This document shows, piece after piece, positions 27,450 through 41,158 of a stretch of DNA of 64,000 nt (positions are counted from its first letter, which is position 1; each line of letters starts with the position of its first letter). A program made the translations under genes and the position numbers. Source of the stretch: Octopus vulgaris (Eukaryota); assembly GCA_951406725.2 (NCBI GenBank), contig OX597815.1, positions 46,004,001 to 46,068,000 on the forward strand. The letters are read 5' to 3'. Below the pieces are notes generated by a model. It was not told the origin of the DNA. It worked only from the letters and a program-made list of their open reading frames with translations, and did no database searches.

Positions 27450-29595
27450 TTAAAAATAATATATGGAAACCTCTGAGTGGTGACGGAGTGAAATATTAAC
27501 TTTGAAGAAATGAATAAATTCTGTTATATATATTGAGTATTTCTCCGTGCGTATACCTGTTGTGCGTGTGTGTGTGTATGCGTATATGTGCGTCGGCATA
27601 ACAGTAGTCCAGTGGCTAAATCTAGCAAAAAAATAAAGATTAAAGTAAAGGAACAATACTCAATAGTGAACTGTAGTTTCAGATCGTAAAACATTTACCT
27701 TTAATATTCAAGTTGGAGTTAGTGTATTTAATAGAATAATCATTACAAATCTAACCAAGAATAACAATGCGGTGAGAAAACTACAATATTAATCAATGAG
27801 TGATATTGTGTTAACCAATCTAGCAAGCATCGGTCATGTTTCCGTGTTATTGAACCTCTTCTCTGAAGATAAAATATACCGTATTTACTTATGTGGAGAG
27901 AAAAGAAACACTAAGCAGATATTGTACATGCATTGATAGAACAAATTCATATATTAATTAATTAATTACTGGGATGCCATATGCATGCAAAGCAATAGCG
28001 AAGTTAATGCTTACGTATATAATGTAGGGAGCATTAAATATTTAGTCATCAATAATTAAGCAGTGAGGAAATGAAGCTATTAATCATTGACTAATATTAT
28101 ATTAATTATTACCGGGAGTACATCTCAGTGTATAAGAGTCTAAAAAGCTCATAAAACCCGTATTATGCTTTGCCTCGAATTTAAACATGTTTGTATTAAA
28201 TAGAAGAACTGAGAGGAAAATGCAGTGTGATTCAATGAGTCAACGGTTTTAAGTATCGGAGCAACTTAACGGGATATCTAACAAGTCACCACTTTGCTTT
28301 GGTTTATTTTTTTGCGAATAAAATAGAAAAAAAAATAATACAAACTTCTCGCACACATACGTACACAAACACAGGCAAAACAAACAAAAAATGAACAATA
28401 GCAAAGAAAAAGTGACTGAATTCGAAATACAAATCCTGTAGGTTTTTAACTACATAAACAGTAGCAGTAGCAATAGCAACAATCACACACACAAAATAAA
28501 GAAGGAAAAGAAAATAATTAAAAACAAAGTATCTATATTTACTGATTTATAGCCTGGCATCTAGTCTAAGAGGCTAGTCTTTTTCAGAGTCTTCTGTTAC
28601 GGTGTTAAAGTCAGACGAATGAGTCACTAAATGGTTTATGGTAGAGTGTCAGTTGTAAATTATGTTCTGTTGATTCACGGTTGCTGTGAATGTCCAACTT
28701 TTTAATCGCTTTAGACAAGCAATCACTCACTGATAGCTGGTGGTTGAGGTACTTAGTAACAACCGGGAAATTTAGAGTTTCTGCTTCATTGCAGATGACT
28801 GGCTTCGAATTTATATTACGACATTTTGGCGTGTGTTGTTTCCAAAGAAACTTCTACAGACATTGGCCAACGAGCTTCATAGAATAGTTTCTGACAACGA
28901 TCTCCTTCACTTTGTATGTGTGACCAATTTATGAAAAATATTAAAACATAAAATGATATTTTTTTCCTTCGTTCCTTTCCTCCCTTCCATCAACATTTCT
29001 ATCTTTTACGTTTACCGTTTCTTATGTTTATTTATGTTCTTTATTTTTATTTTCTTTCTTATTTTATTTTATCTTAAAACCAACACTGAGAAAGGACAGT
29101 AGAATTTTATTGATTTCTTTGGTGGTTATCACAAACTTGCAAAGAGAAGGATAATAGCGAAATTTGATTAAGTAAGCTACAAAAAGAACTGGTGATACAT
29201 TCCAACATATTCCTTTCGCTTTGATCAACGGAGGAAACTAATTGCTTGGTGAATCGGAATTTTACTACTATTAGATCGTAAAGCTTCATCAGACTTGCCA
29301 AACATCTGTAGATATCGACTTACTTTGCAGGAACTATTAACTATTTCATTTCGGCTTTTGTCTCTAAGATCATTTCCAAGGCAGTTTCTGAAGTTTATAC
29401 TTTTTCTTCCAAAGCATTGGACAATAAACTAATATGTCAATGTGTAAGTTTGTGGTGTGTATTTGAATAATGTGAGATTGCTCTCTCTCTCTCTCTCACT
29501 TTATATATATATATTTATGCATGCATACACGCACATGTATGTGTGTATATGTGTGAGTGTATGTAGACATATATATGACATATACGTACATGTAA

Positions 29596-29632
<37 letters not shown>

Positions 29633-30511
29633 TATCGATTCGCGAACAAATTTTTTATAAAGAAATGCTACTACACATAGACGGTAGAGTTTCTATATTT
29701 CATTAGATGCCGAAACTTCTTGGTTTGATCGTTATTCTGAGTTTCACGCAGCCGATTATTCATACGATAGAAGAGAGACCATGTGACAATACGTAAGTAA
29801 AATATTCTGAGTTCGATAAACTAGTAACTTATAAAGAACCATATATAATCGAGAAGGCAATTATTATGATTGTTGGTTACCTTATAATTTCTACTAAACA
29901 TTTTTTGATCTCTGTAGTCTGTTGGAAAATGCTAATTTCTAAGATTTAAAGAAATTCTTGTGACATTAGAACGAACTTTTAAACTATATGGAGAATTATT
30001 CCATAATATTTCGTTTCCTATTTTGTGTTTTGAGTTAGTGTTATCATGTAGATAATATCTTTGAAGTCATTTCATCTTTCAAAAGTACTAGTTTGCTAAG
30101 TTAAGATCGCTCATGCAATGTATTACAGCTATAGAGGGCTTACTGAAAAATCTCATAAATAAAGATTGTCACAAGAGATCCAACGAAGAAGCCTCTACAA
30201 GATCACGTTATCTACTAAAAATAGTAAACCGAATGCCTTCAAGTTCCGATGAAGTGTCTTAAAAGAAACGAACAGGAATACATTAGACTATGTGATCTTG
30301 GGTGCACTGTGTTTAGGAAAAATACCGGGTGGTCACGACTGAAATTCTTTTAAAAATAATCCAACTGAAGCAAGGTTGATTGCAGATAAAACAAAAATGA
30401 TACTAAGTTTAGTTTAGAATAATACTGTTGTTGGAAGTTACTGGTATCACATCGAATCTAGAAACTACAAGAAAAAAAATCAAACAATATGGAATAAAGA
30501 ATATCAGCTAC

Positions 30512-30778
30512 CAGTGGTTCTCAATCGGAGTCTACATGGCCCGTGGGGGTCTATATGCGATTTTTTTGTTAAAATCTATGTGCAATAAATTGGTTATACT
30601 TCTACCATACACAAAAGATTTTAATTTTTTAATTACAATCCCTGATAATATCTAATCATAAAAATACAGTAAGATTTTTTTAATATACATCAAATGGCTA
30701 TGGAGGCTCCAGCAGAGTAAAATAGGAATCAAAGCGGTTTATAGGAAAAAAACATAAAAAAATAGTTGAGAACTACTG
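30512..30778. mobile_element. hAT-type MITE
   Basis: TIRs CAGTGGTTCTCAA / TTGAGAACTACTG; TSD degenerate. Confidence 0.7.
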
Positions 30779-31059
30779 AACTAGACTCTCTAATCTATCA
30801 AATGCTTGTTTTAAAGGTAAAAAGGATTTACTAACTTATTAAATGAACAAAGTGTAGTGTGAAAAAAACAAATTAAGTTGGAGAATTTATCAGGCGAAGA
30901 TGTAAAAAAAATCCACTAAAAACGTTACCTCATCAGATAGATATTTAACGAGTCACCCAGTCATCTATGTGTGTATTATTCGACAATAACGAAACTTTGA
31001 TTATAAATGGAGCATTAACGTAATCTATAAAAATAATGTAGTAAATAATATGATGTTTA

Positions 31060-32150
31060 TTTCTAATTTTGATACAAGGTCAACATTTTTTGAGGGGAAA
31101 GGATTAATCGATCACATCGACGCCAGTACTACACTGGCTCTTTACTGCACTGATCCCGGAAGGAAGAAAAACCTATGTTGACCTTGACGGGACTTGAACT
31201 TAATTAGAAGCTGGTAAAAATACCGTAAGCATTTTCTTCTCGACGCTCTATCGACTTTGTCAATCTACCATACAATAATTCAACGTAAGACACAAGGATA
31301 GCAATTTGGGGGTGAGGAGTTTAATCGATACCAGCAACCTCAGTGCTTGTTAGGTATTAATTTTATAGATCTCGGAAGGATGAAAAGCAAAGTTACCCCC
31401 AACGGGACTTGAACCAAACCATGACGGACCAGAAGAAATACTGCAAAGCATTTTCCCAACGCGGTTACATTTCTCACAGATCGCTGCCCTGTAGTTCAAC
31501 GTAGTAATTATTACCACTATAGACACAAAATCCAAAATTTGGTGGTAGGAGGCTTTTCGATTACATCGACCCCAATTCTCACTTAGTAATTATTTCATCG
31601 ATTCCGAAAAGTTGGAAGGCAAAGTCGACCTCGGCGGAATTTGAACCCAGATCATAAAACCAGAAGAAATGTCATGGCGCTCAGCATTTTGCACCGTATG
31701 CTAACGAATCTCCCTTATAGCTTAACGTTGGTAGCAATTTCGGGATAAGGGGTATGGCAATTACAGCGACACCAGAGATCAACTAGTACGTAATTTATCG
31801 ATCTCGAAAGAATGAAAGGCAAAGTCGACTTTTGTGGTATTTGAACTGAGAACGTAATGACAAATGAAATGTTGCTAAGAATTTTGCTTGGTGTGCTAAC
31901 AATGTTGCCAGCTCGCTCCTTTATAGTTCATAGTAATAATTGTTTCTACCATAGGCACAAGGCTTGAAATTTTGTGGGTGAGGGCTAGTCATTTACATTG
32001 ACCCCTGTGTTCAGCTGGTACTTATTTTATTGACCCCAAAAGGATGAAAGGCAAAGTCGACCTCGGTGGCATTTGAACTCAAAATGTGAAGACGGATGCA
32101 ATACAGTATTTTGCTTGGCGTGCTAACGATTCTACCAGCTTGCCGCCTTT
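31060..32150 (-). mobile_element. Head-to-tail array of five diverged SINE family B copies
   Basis: ~210-bp periodic recurrence of tcgat.acatcgac / ggatgaaaggcaaagtcgac / ttgaactc. Confidence 0.85.
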
Positions 32151-33528
32151 ATAGTGTCAAAGTAAAGAGAAAAATGAATAATATCAAACGATAAGCTGAA
32201 ATCTTTTTCAGTTTAAATAGAAAATTGAAGAATGAAAAAACAAAAAAGAAAAAAAAAATGAAAAAACAAGGGAGAATTGAGAATAATAAGCTAAACACAT
32301 GAGTTAACAGTTAAACTATCTGAATAAATAATTACATAAGTATATAAAGGAATGAATTTACCTCATAAACAGAAAAACAGAGAAATGTCATGATAAGTAT
32401 TATTTTCTTAGCTGAAATTTATCTGGTAATTTTTTCAGCAGTTTGCTATTTTAACTGCATATATGTATTATATATTAATATAATGTAAAATAACACACAT
32501 ACACACACACAAACACACACGCACACACAAATGCATGTGTACATGTGTGTGCATTTACGAGCGCGTATAGATATGTTTGTATTTGTATCAGTGTATGTGT
32601 CTGTATGAAGTAGGCATATATCTACCCTTAATTACTTTCCCACTTTCTTTATCTGTGCACTAAATAATTAATACGCATCTCAAGCCATATGCGTCTGTTT
32701 TCCCCACCAAACTGACTTGAATCTTATAGAATAAATGGTGAACAGTTAAAACTTAAAATGACTCTTCTAAACCTTATCACCTGCTCAAGTTGTTGAATAA
32801 ACTAACTAATTAATATACAATGTTGATTAATTTTACTTTACACACATTTCCTATCCAAATTCTGCACTCACCACAAGCTTGTATTTTTAAACAATCTCCT
32901 CTTTTGACTGTTACTTCATTTATTTTTCGTTATTTCTTCCGTTAATTCTTTGCTAGTTTAAATGGGAAATATAGCTGACATGCATTGTAAAAGGAGAATC
33001 AGAAGTAACGAGCTATCGATAGAACTGTGAAAGAACGTCATTATGTGTGTGTATGTATGTATGTATGTATGTATGTATGTATGTATGTATGTATGTATGT
33101 ATGCATGTATGTATGTATGTATGTATGTATGTATGTATATATGTATAGATATATGGATAGATAGATCGATAGATAGATAGACACACACACGCACACATTT
33201 ATGAAAGAGAAAAAAATCTGATATGTATGTGTATATGCGTTAAATTATTTGAAACTTGTAGAGAGATTGGAGTAGAGATGGGTATGCACGTGGAAAGGAG
33301 AATAACAGAGTAGAAGAGTTAACGAGAAGTAGAAGCAATGTGGAGTATATTTTTGTGAAAGAATAGAACGTCTTGCGTGGCATTATGTGATATACATACA
33401 TCTTGCTGCCAAATTTAGTGAAAATACTAGGATAACATGAAGGACAACAGAAGATATGGTAAATATGCGTTTCTAGAAAATATCTTTGCTTCATGTGAAT
33501 CACTATTTAAATAATATATCTGATGTCA

Positions 33529-33928
33529 AAAGGCGGAAAGCTGGCAGAAACGTTAACCCGCCGGGTGAAATGCTTAGCGGTATTTCGTCTGCCGTTACAT
33601 TCTGAGTTCAAATTCCGCCGAGGTCGATTTTGCCTTTCATCCATTCGGGGTCGATAAATTAAGTACCAGTTACGCACTGGGGTCGATGTAATCGACTTAA
33701 TCCGTTTGTCTGTCCTTGTTTGTCCTCTCTGTGTTTAGCCCCTTGTGGGTAGTAAAGAAATAGGTATTTCGTTTGTCTTTACTTTCTGAGTTCAAATTCC
33801 GCTGAGGTCGACTTTGTCTTTCATCCTTTCAGGGTCGATAAATTAAGTACCAGTTGCGTACTAGGGTCGATGTAATCGACTGTCCCTCTCCCCCAAAACT
33901 TCGGGCCTTGAGCCTAGAATAGAAAAGA
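33529..33928 (+). mobile_element. Young dimeric SINE family B (tRNA-like head, Meta-domain-like body)
   Basis: Head aaggcggaaagctggcagaa..gagttcaaattcc (box B); body gcctttcatcc.ttcggggtcgataaattaagtaccag twice. Flanked by a direct repeat atatatctgatgtcaaa (~33513 and ~33929), a likely TSD. Confidence 0.88.
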
Positions 33929-33964
33929 ATATATCTGATGTCAAATCACATTCAAATTCCCAAG

Positions 33965-34400
33965 ATCCTAACAAGGGTGTAGGATGATCAAATGAGATGA
34001 GCACAATTCTTTATGGGAAAGATTATGCAAGTGGGAAAGTGATGAAAACACTGGTAAACTAAATGATTTCGTTTTTAAATTGGAGATGAAATTAGACCTT
34101 GTAAATACTAGTTCCCAATCGGTCTTGAGGTTTACCCAAACATGTTTAGTTTTCGTTAAATCTGGAGGATGGAGCAGAGCCCATGGCCATTGCATTCTTT
34201 CGGAGATTGGTGAGACTAGTGTCCTTAATGTTCTGTTGGAGCTTTTGCCAGTCAACGCTTGCAAGAAAGACGTGAGCCTGAAAGAGGTAACACTGGAAGA
34301 CGCTGTTCTTGAGGAAGATAATTGGTCATACTGGTTAGTGCATGGAATGGGAGGTTGAACGCAACAACTGTGACGGGTATGCAGGGAGTGCCGGAATAGC
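33965..34400 (-). mobile_element. Decayed CR1/L2-like LINE 3' end
   Basis: VQPPIPCTNQYDQ..SRTAS..AHVFLASVDWQKLQQNI resembles the CR1-group ORF2 C-terminus (RT.....SF.PRT..LWN.LP). Confidence 0.5.
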
Positions 34401-34721
34401 AGAGCTATGAGAATAGAAACAGAAACCATTGTTATCATTGCCGCTACTATCGCTATTGGTGTTGCTGTTGTTATTGCCTTGCTGCTGTATAGTTTGATGT
34501 TATCAGGTTAAACAGCACCAACATCAACAACAGAATAAGAAAGTCTGTTTTTAAGCAACGTTCAGTTATGATTATCCCAACTCTTTGTACATTATCCACG
34601 TTGTTGTTTGTTTCCTTCTCTTTTAAGAAGACGTAACTGATAATGACCTAGACATACGAATTCTATTTAGATCTTGTAAAGAGTAGAGTGGAGCAATGCT
34701 AGGATGCTGGGCACGTAAAAC

Positions 34722-35262
34722 AGAAGTACGAAGATTATAACCTTGCCCTGGTATCAAGTATATTTATTCAAATAGGGTAAAGTGGTGGCTTAGCACAATC
34801 GTTAAAGCATCGGACAAAATGACATGACATAGAATTTGCTCCGGGTCTTCGCGCTTCAAGTTTAAATACGGACGAGGTGATATTTATTTTTCATCATACC
34901 AGAGTCGTAATATATTAATAGAATACTAGTTAGGTACTCGAATTATGACCTAGTATGAGAGTTAGAAATTTATATATCAAGATGTAGTTTGGGGGAACTT
35001 GTCTATTGCAACTACTATTTCGAACGATTATATAGAGCGTCACTCAAGTAAGAGACGTGTGTGAATTTAAGTAGATTAATAAGGAGTGGAGTAAAAGATC
35101 CTAAGCTTAATAACCGCTGAGAATTGCTAAGTTCAGAGTGATTAGGAGGTGTTAAAATGTTACGAAAACACTATTGTATATAAATGAGTATATTATTAAC
35201 CTTTCCGCTAGAGATTGACATTCATATTCGGCACCAAGGGCGGAGTAACTTCGTCTGTATGT
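34722..35262 (+). repeat. Left arm of ~540-bp inverted duplication
   Basis: Reverse complement aligns to 37282-37818; 35190-35250 is identical to 37294-37354. Confidence 0.9.
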
Positions 35263-35345
35263 AAGAATTTTGTTTATGTATGTATGTATGTATGTATGTA
35301 TGTATGTATGTATGTATGTACGTATGTCTGTATGTATGTATGTAT

Positions 35346-35822
35346 GTCAGGTCACTTTTAGTGCTACTGGTAAAATGTAACCCAATGCAACCTGCTGCAT
35401 GGTCGGGCCGTAGGCATCTAAATTAGCAACCCTACAAAACCTGTTTAGCAAGGAGAAAGGTTTTCGAGGGTCAACCTACAGGACGAGAAAAGAACCTGGC
35501 GGAGAGGTAGGATGAATTCAGTAGAGTCAACGGCAACCCGGCAGCTGAGGGATCTCCACCTCAGTCTTTCTTTAGACGTATCTCTAGGAGAAGGGACTTC
35601 TAAATATAACACCCACCTCATTGCAAACCCAGAGATCTTGCTCTTGCTTGTTTCTGGACAGCTTGGTTTTCTAAGTGAGTGTCTTAGCAGTATTGTTCAA
35701 GCTGTTGTTGACTTTAAATTTCAACACAGGCATTGCTGACAACCATTGTCGTTAACATCTTGGATAAGATAATTTGACAGTGATGGTCATACTCGTCAAC
35801 GAGTTGGCAGCCACCGCGAACA
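35346..35822 (+). mobile_element. Probable RTE-derived non-autonomous element within (TATG)n
   Basis: GC-richer block between (TATG)n tracts; gagtcaacggc..ctaggagaagg resembles RTE 5' UTRs as I recall them. Confidence 0.35.
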
Positions 35823-36266
35823 TATCTATGCATGCATGTATGTATGTATGTATGTATGTATGTATGTATGTATGTATGTATGTGTGTGTGTATGTATGTA
35901 TGTATGTATGTATGGTGTATGCAAGTATATATTGACATCATAACTTGGGATTGCATTACATAGAGTTTCACCGACGCAAAAAGCACGCCCGATTACCAGA
36001 TGCTAATTACTCAGTATTAAGTGTCCGAACGATCACTTAATCTATTTTTAGATTTACGAATCTTTAATTGGGGCCAGTCTGTATCAGACATTTAAATCCT
36101 ACAACCTGTATGGCATGCAGTTTTCTTTCGTTAATATACCACTTTTTATCTCCCCCTCCTCACTTCTCTCGCTTTGTCACTGCCTTAGTCTTGCTCTTTC
36201 TCTGTCTTTGTCTGTCTGCCTGCCTACCTGCCTGCCTGCCTGCCTGCCTGCCTGTCTATCTGTCTA

Positions 36267-36321
<55 letters not shown>

Positions 36322-36336
36322 GCGTGTGTGTGTATG

Positions 36337-36380
<44 letters not shown>

Positions 36381-36439
36381 TACACATATATGCATGTATA
36401 TATATATATGTATATACATATATATACATATATATATAC

Positions 36440-36514
<75 letters not shown>

Positions 36515-36951
36515 TAGAGAAGTTGGAGGAAGAAAAATACATGTAGATATTTATGTGTGTATGTATATATATCTCTGTGTGTGTGAGCGTGTGTACGTAT
36601 CTGTATATATAAATCTATGCGTGCGAGGAGAAGAGATAGAAGCAAAAGAAAAAAGAGTGGAGAGATGTTTGTTTTGATTATTAATATCACTGCGTCGCGC
36701 AATGTAATGAGGAAGTAATAGAAAGAAAAAGAAAAGAAGAGAAAATCCTTCAAAAATTATAAAATTCACAAAGAAAAAGAAGAAAAGAAAAATCACGCAA
36801 GACTAAAGATTAATAGAGAAAACAAACAAAACTTAGACCAAAACTGAATACCTTCTGTCTGTTTCTGCTTGTACACGAACAACACACACACACGCACGCA
36901 CGCACACAAACACAAACACACACACACACGTTTGAAAACATACATACAGCA

Positions 36952-37004
<53 letters not shown>

Positions 37005-37281
37005 TATATATATACATATGTATGTACATATCTATCTATCTATGTATATATACATATATTTATACGTATATATATAAATGTATATATATATATACATATA
37101 TACATATATACACATATATATGTATGTATGCATATATATATATATATATACATATATATACACAATATATATATATAAGTATACATATACACAATATATA
37201 TATATATATACATACGAACAAACGTTGATACGCATATACCTTCGTGCAACCGCCGCCGTGTAGACTCACGGAGAAGCTCTC

Positions 37282-37818
37282 ATATACAGAGGCAGTTACT
37301 CCGCCCTTGGTGCCGAATATGAATGTCAATCTCTAGCGGAAAGGTTAATAATATGCTCATTTATATGCAATAGTGTTTTCTTAACATTTCCGCACCTTCT
37401 AATCACTCTGAACTTAGCAAAACTTAACAGTTATTAGGCTTAGGAACTTTTACCATACTCCTTATTAATCTCCTTAATTTCACACACGTCTCTTGCTTGA
37501 ATAGCGCTCTATATGATCGTTCGATGTAGTAGACAAATTCTCTCAAGTTATACTTTGATATATGTAATTGCTTATACACACTCTAGGCCAGAGATCATCG
37601 TGAATACGTGAGTAGCATTTTACATATATATTACCATCCTGGTAGGATGAACGGCAAATATCACATTAGCCAGATTTGAACTTGAAGCTCGAAGAACTGG
37701 AATACATGCTGCAAGTAATTTTATCCAACGTTCTAACGATTCTGCCAAGCCACCACTTTACTATGTTTAGATAAACATATGCTTCATATCAGGACAAGTT
37801 TAAGATCTTTGTATTCAT
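37282..37818 (-). repeat. Right arm of ~540-bp inverted duplication
   Basis: See 34722-35262. Confidence 0.9.
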
Positions 37819-38120
37819 GTGCTATGTGCTTGAAGCTCTGTCTTTATGTTTAACTTGAATAAAAAAACTAGTGTTTTATTTCACATTGTTTCCTTTCAAT
37901 ATAAGTTAAGAGCGTGTTTTTTTTACGGCACTGCCACCACTATTGTAGTGGCCTGCAGTTATTCTCAGTAATGAATGAGACGAAAGTAATTATTTCTAAC
38001 ATAAGCACGAGACTAGAAATTTGGCGGGAGGAGATAAGTCGATGGAAACTAATCTAGTATTTGACCAATTTTATGGACATCGTGAGGGTGAAACGGGGTG
38101 CTTGGGCCCAGAACATAAAA

Positions 38121-38396
38121 AATCTCCGTGACAGTAACATACTTTTTGACGTAGACAAAGAGAAAAATAATGAATCAACACCACCAGGATTAACTACATA
38201 CGCGTTTCGAGATTAAAGTGTTTAAAAATTTACTTACTTCTCTCTTCAGTGTAGTATTTCCGATTATAAAATTTGAAAGTGCTAGGGTTAAATATGCACA
38301 CGATCGAACGACACGCGAATGTAGTTAATCCTAGTCGTGTTGATTCATTGTTTTTCTCTTTGCCTACGTAAAAAGTATGTTACTGTCACGGAGATT
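38121..38396. repeat. Inverted repeat with ~90-bp arms enclosing a hammerhead
   Basis: aatctccgtgacagtaacatacttttt..cgcgt versus acgcg..aaaaagtatgttactgtcacggagatt. Confidence 0.88.
38193..38255 (-). ncRNA. Minimal type I hammerhead ribozyme, intact core
   Basis: ACTACA-CTGAAGA-GAGA...TCTC-GAAA-CGCG-TA-TGTAGT. Confidence 0.9.
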
Positions 38397-38896
38397 CTTA
38401 CAGTAGTAGAAAAGGAATTTTAAACTCCTATTTCTAAATTCGGTATGTGGTAAAGCAATTAGCTGAACCCTAATTATAATTATGCTTATAATTATAAAAT
38501 ATTTTTACCTATAAAGATTATTTTAACGTACCGATCTACTTGGTAAAATTATTAATTAATTGATTGATTAATAATTAATTAATTAATTTAATTGATAAAT
38601 TTTACCCTTTTATTATTAATGCATAGATAGATAGATTAGTTGATTGATAGACAGACGTAAGTATGAATTTGTGAACGTATTCATATAAAGGCATAGATGC
38701 ATACATACATGTAAGTATGCAGGAACTTATGAATAAATATATTCATTATATTTCTTTATAGACATGTATAGTGTGTATTTTATATATAGTGTGTATTTTA
38801 TATATTTGTAATTTTTTTTATATATCAGCTATAAATATTGAATAAATTAATGTGTACAAATGAATAATTTCAACAAGATTGAAGTTGCACCATTTA

Positions 38897-39546
38897 TCTT
38901 AATATATAAAACAGAGTTTGTGTGTGTGTGTGTGTGCGTATGTTCCTTATGGATTCGAAAACTAAGTTTCCGATTTTGACGTATAAGGTATCTAAAGATT
39001 TAGTAATCTTTCGGCTACCAAATAAATTATGCTTTTTCCCCCAACAACTCTTTTACTACAAAAATACCCCGTAAACGAGGTCGGGGCGCACAATTTTGAG
39101 GTCTTTAGCTAAGGAAGGCATCTCTGCCGGACACAATACTCGATTTAACAACATATGTAAACACACACACACACACACACACATTAGGTGCAAACACACA
39201 TATTAGGTGTAAACACACACACACACACACACATATTAGGTACAAAAATGACTGTGTGGTTGAAAAGTTTGTTTCCCAACCACATGGTTCCACGTTCAGT
39301 CTCTCTGCATGGTACTTTGGGCAAGTGCTTTCTTCTATAGCCCTAGGCCAACCATAGGATTGTGACTGAATTTGGTAGATGGCAACTGCAGCATTGTTCA
39401 TCAGAAAATGATCGAAAAACATGTTTATAAAGAAGGGTTACTTGCTTCATACTCCTCATGTGCCGATTCTGCCACTTAGAAAGGAACAAATAATACGATG
39501 TGGCCGTAGGTCATAACATCAGGACAACGCCGGGGTGCATTGCTAG
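38897..39546 (+). mobile_element. Non-autonomous Helitron-like element with a SINE A head inserted (~39248-39390)
   Basis: A|TCttaatatataaaa..(TG)n at the 5' end; 3' end c.ggacaacgccggg...gCTAG|T. Confidence 0.65.
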
Positions 39547-39790
39547 TATGATATAAGAACTAAAAGATAATGAGATTCGAGAACTATATTCTACTTTTCT
39601 TTGTATCATTTTAAGAATATAGATAATTGCAAATATATTATAGAAATTATAGAAACAAAAAGCTTATAAACGAAATCCAGTGTCAATACGTCATTAAATT
39701 CCAAAGCCTGTTTATATATTTTCGTGTTCCTTACATTTTGAGAAAACTCTTCATTGTATCGCATAAATGTTTCGGTTAATATCTATTAAG

Positions 39791-40595
<805 letters not shown>

Positions 40596-40596
40596 A

Positions 40597-40812
40597 TCCT
40601 TTCTACAGGAGGCACATGGCCTCAAATTTTGCGGGAGGGAACTAGTCGATCACATTGACCCAATTGTTTCACTTTTACTTAATTTAAGGACCCCGAAAGG
40701 ATGAAAGGCAAAGTCAACCACGGTGGAATTTGAACTCGGAACGAAAGGGCGGACGATATACCGCTAAACATTACATCCGGCATGCTAACGGTTCTGCTAG
40801 CTCGCCGCCTTA
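40597..40812 (-). mobile_element. SINE family B
   Basis: ccccgaaaggatgaaaggcaaagtc..ggaatttgaactc..gctcgccgcctt. Confidence 0.8.
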
Positions 40813-41105
40813 CATAATAATAATAATGATGATGGTGATGATGATAATGATGAACTTATTGTATACAGTGCTCAAGTGCACTATTATGCTCAGGTGTGCT
40901 ACAGGTGCCTTGCTGCTTATATCTTTCCCTGGTATTTCTGGACAGTGGTGTTTTGAAATCTGGAGAAAGTTGTTGCTTATTTTTTTCATACGGTAACGAA
41001 ATATCGACGCTTCCATGGAAAGTAAAAATGGGAAAGAAGTCAAACAAGTAGAAGAATATATATGGCAGATTTCAATAAAAACTTATAAAAATAAGAGAAA
41101 GAGAT

Positions 41106-41158
<53 letters not shown>

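Noticed and set aside
28738-28766. TGAGGTA let-7-like seed in a small hairpin; also AGATATGTTT (miR-190-like) at ~2542 and ~32568
   Set aside because: Matches stop after 7-11 nt and the hairpins are too short for pre-miRNAs
31060-32150. Periodic repeats as a CRISPR-like array
   Set aside because: Eukaryotic SINE copies of ~210 bp, with no constant repeat/unique spacer pattern
35226-35247. REST/RE1-like or CTCF-like motif TTCGGCACCAAGGGCGGAG
   Set aside because: Several mismatches to both consensus motifs; not supportable by eye
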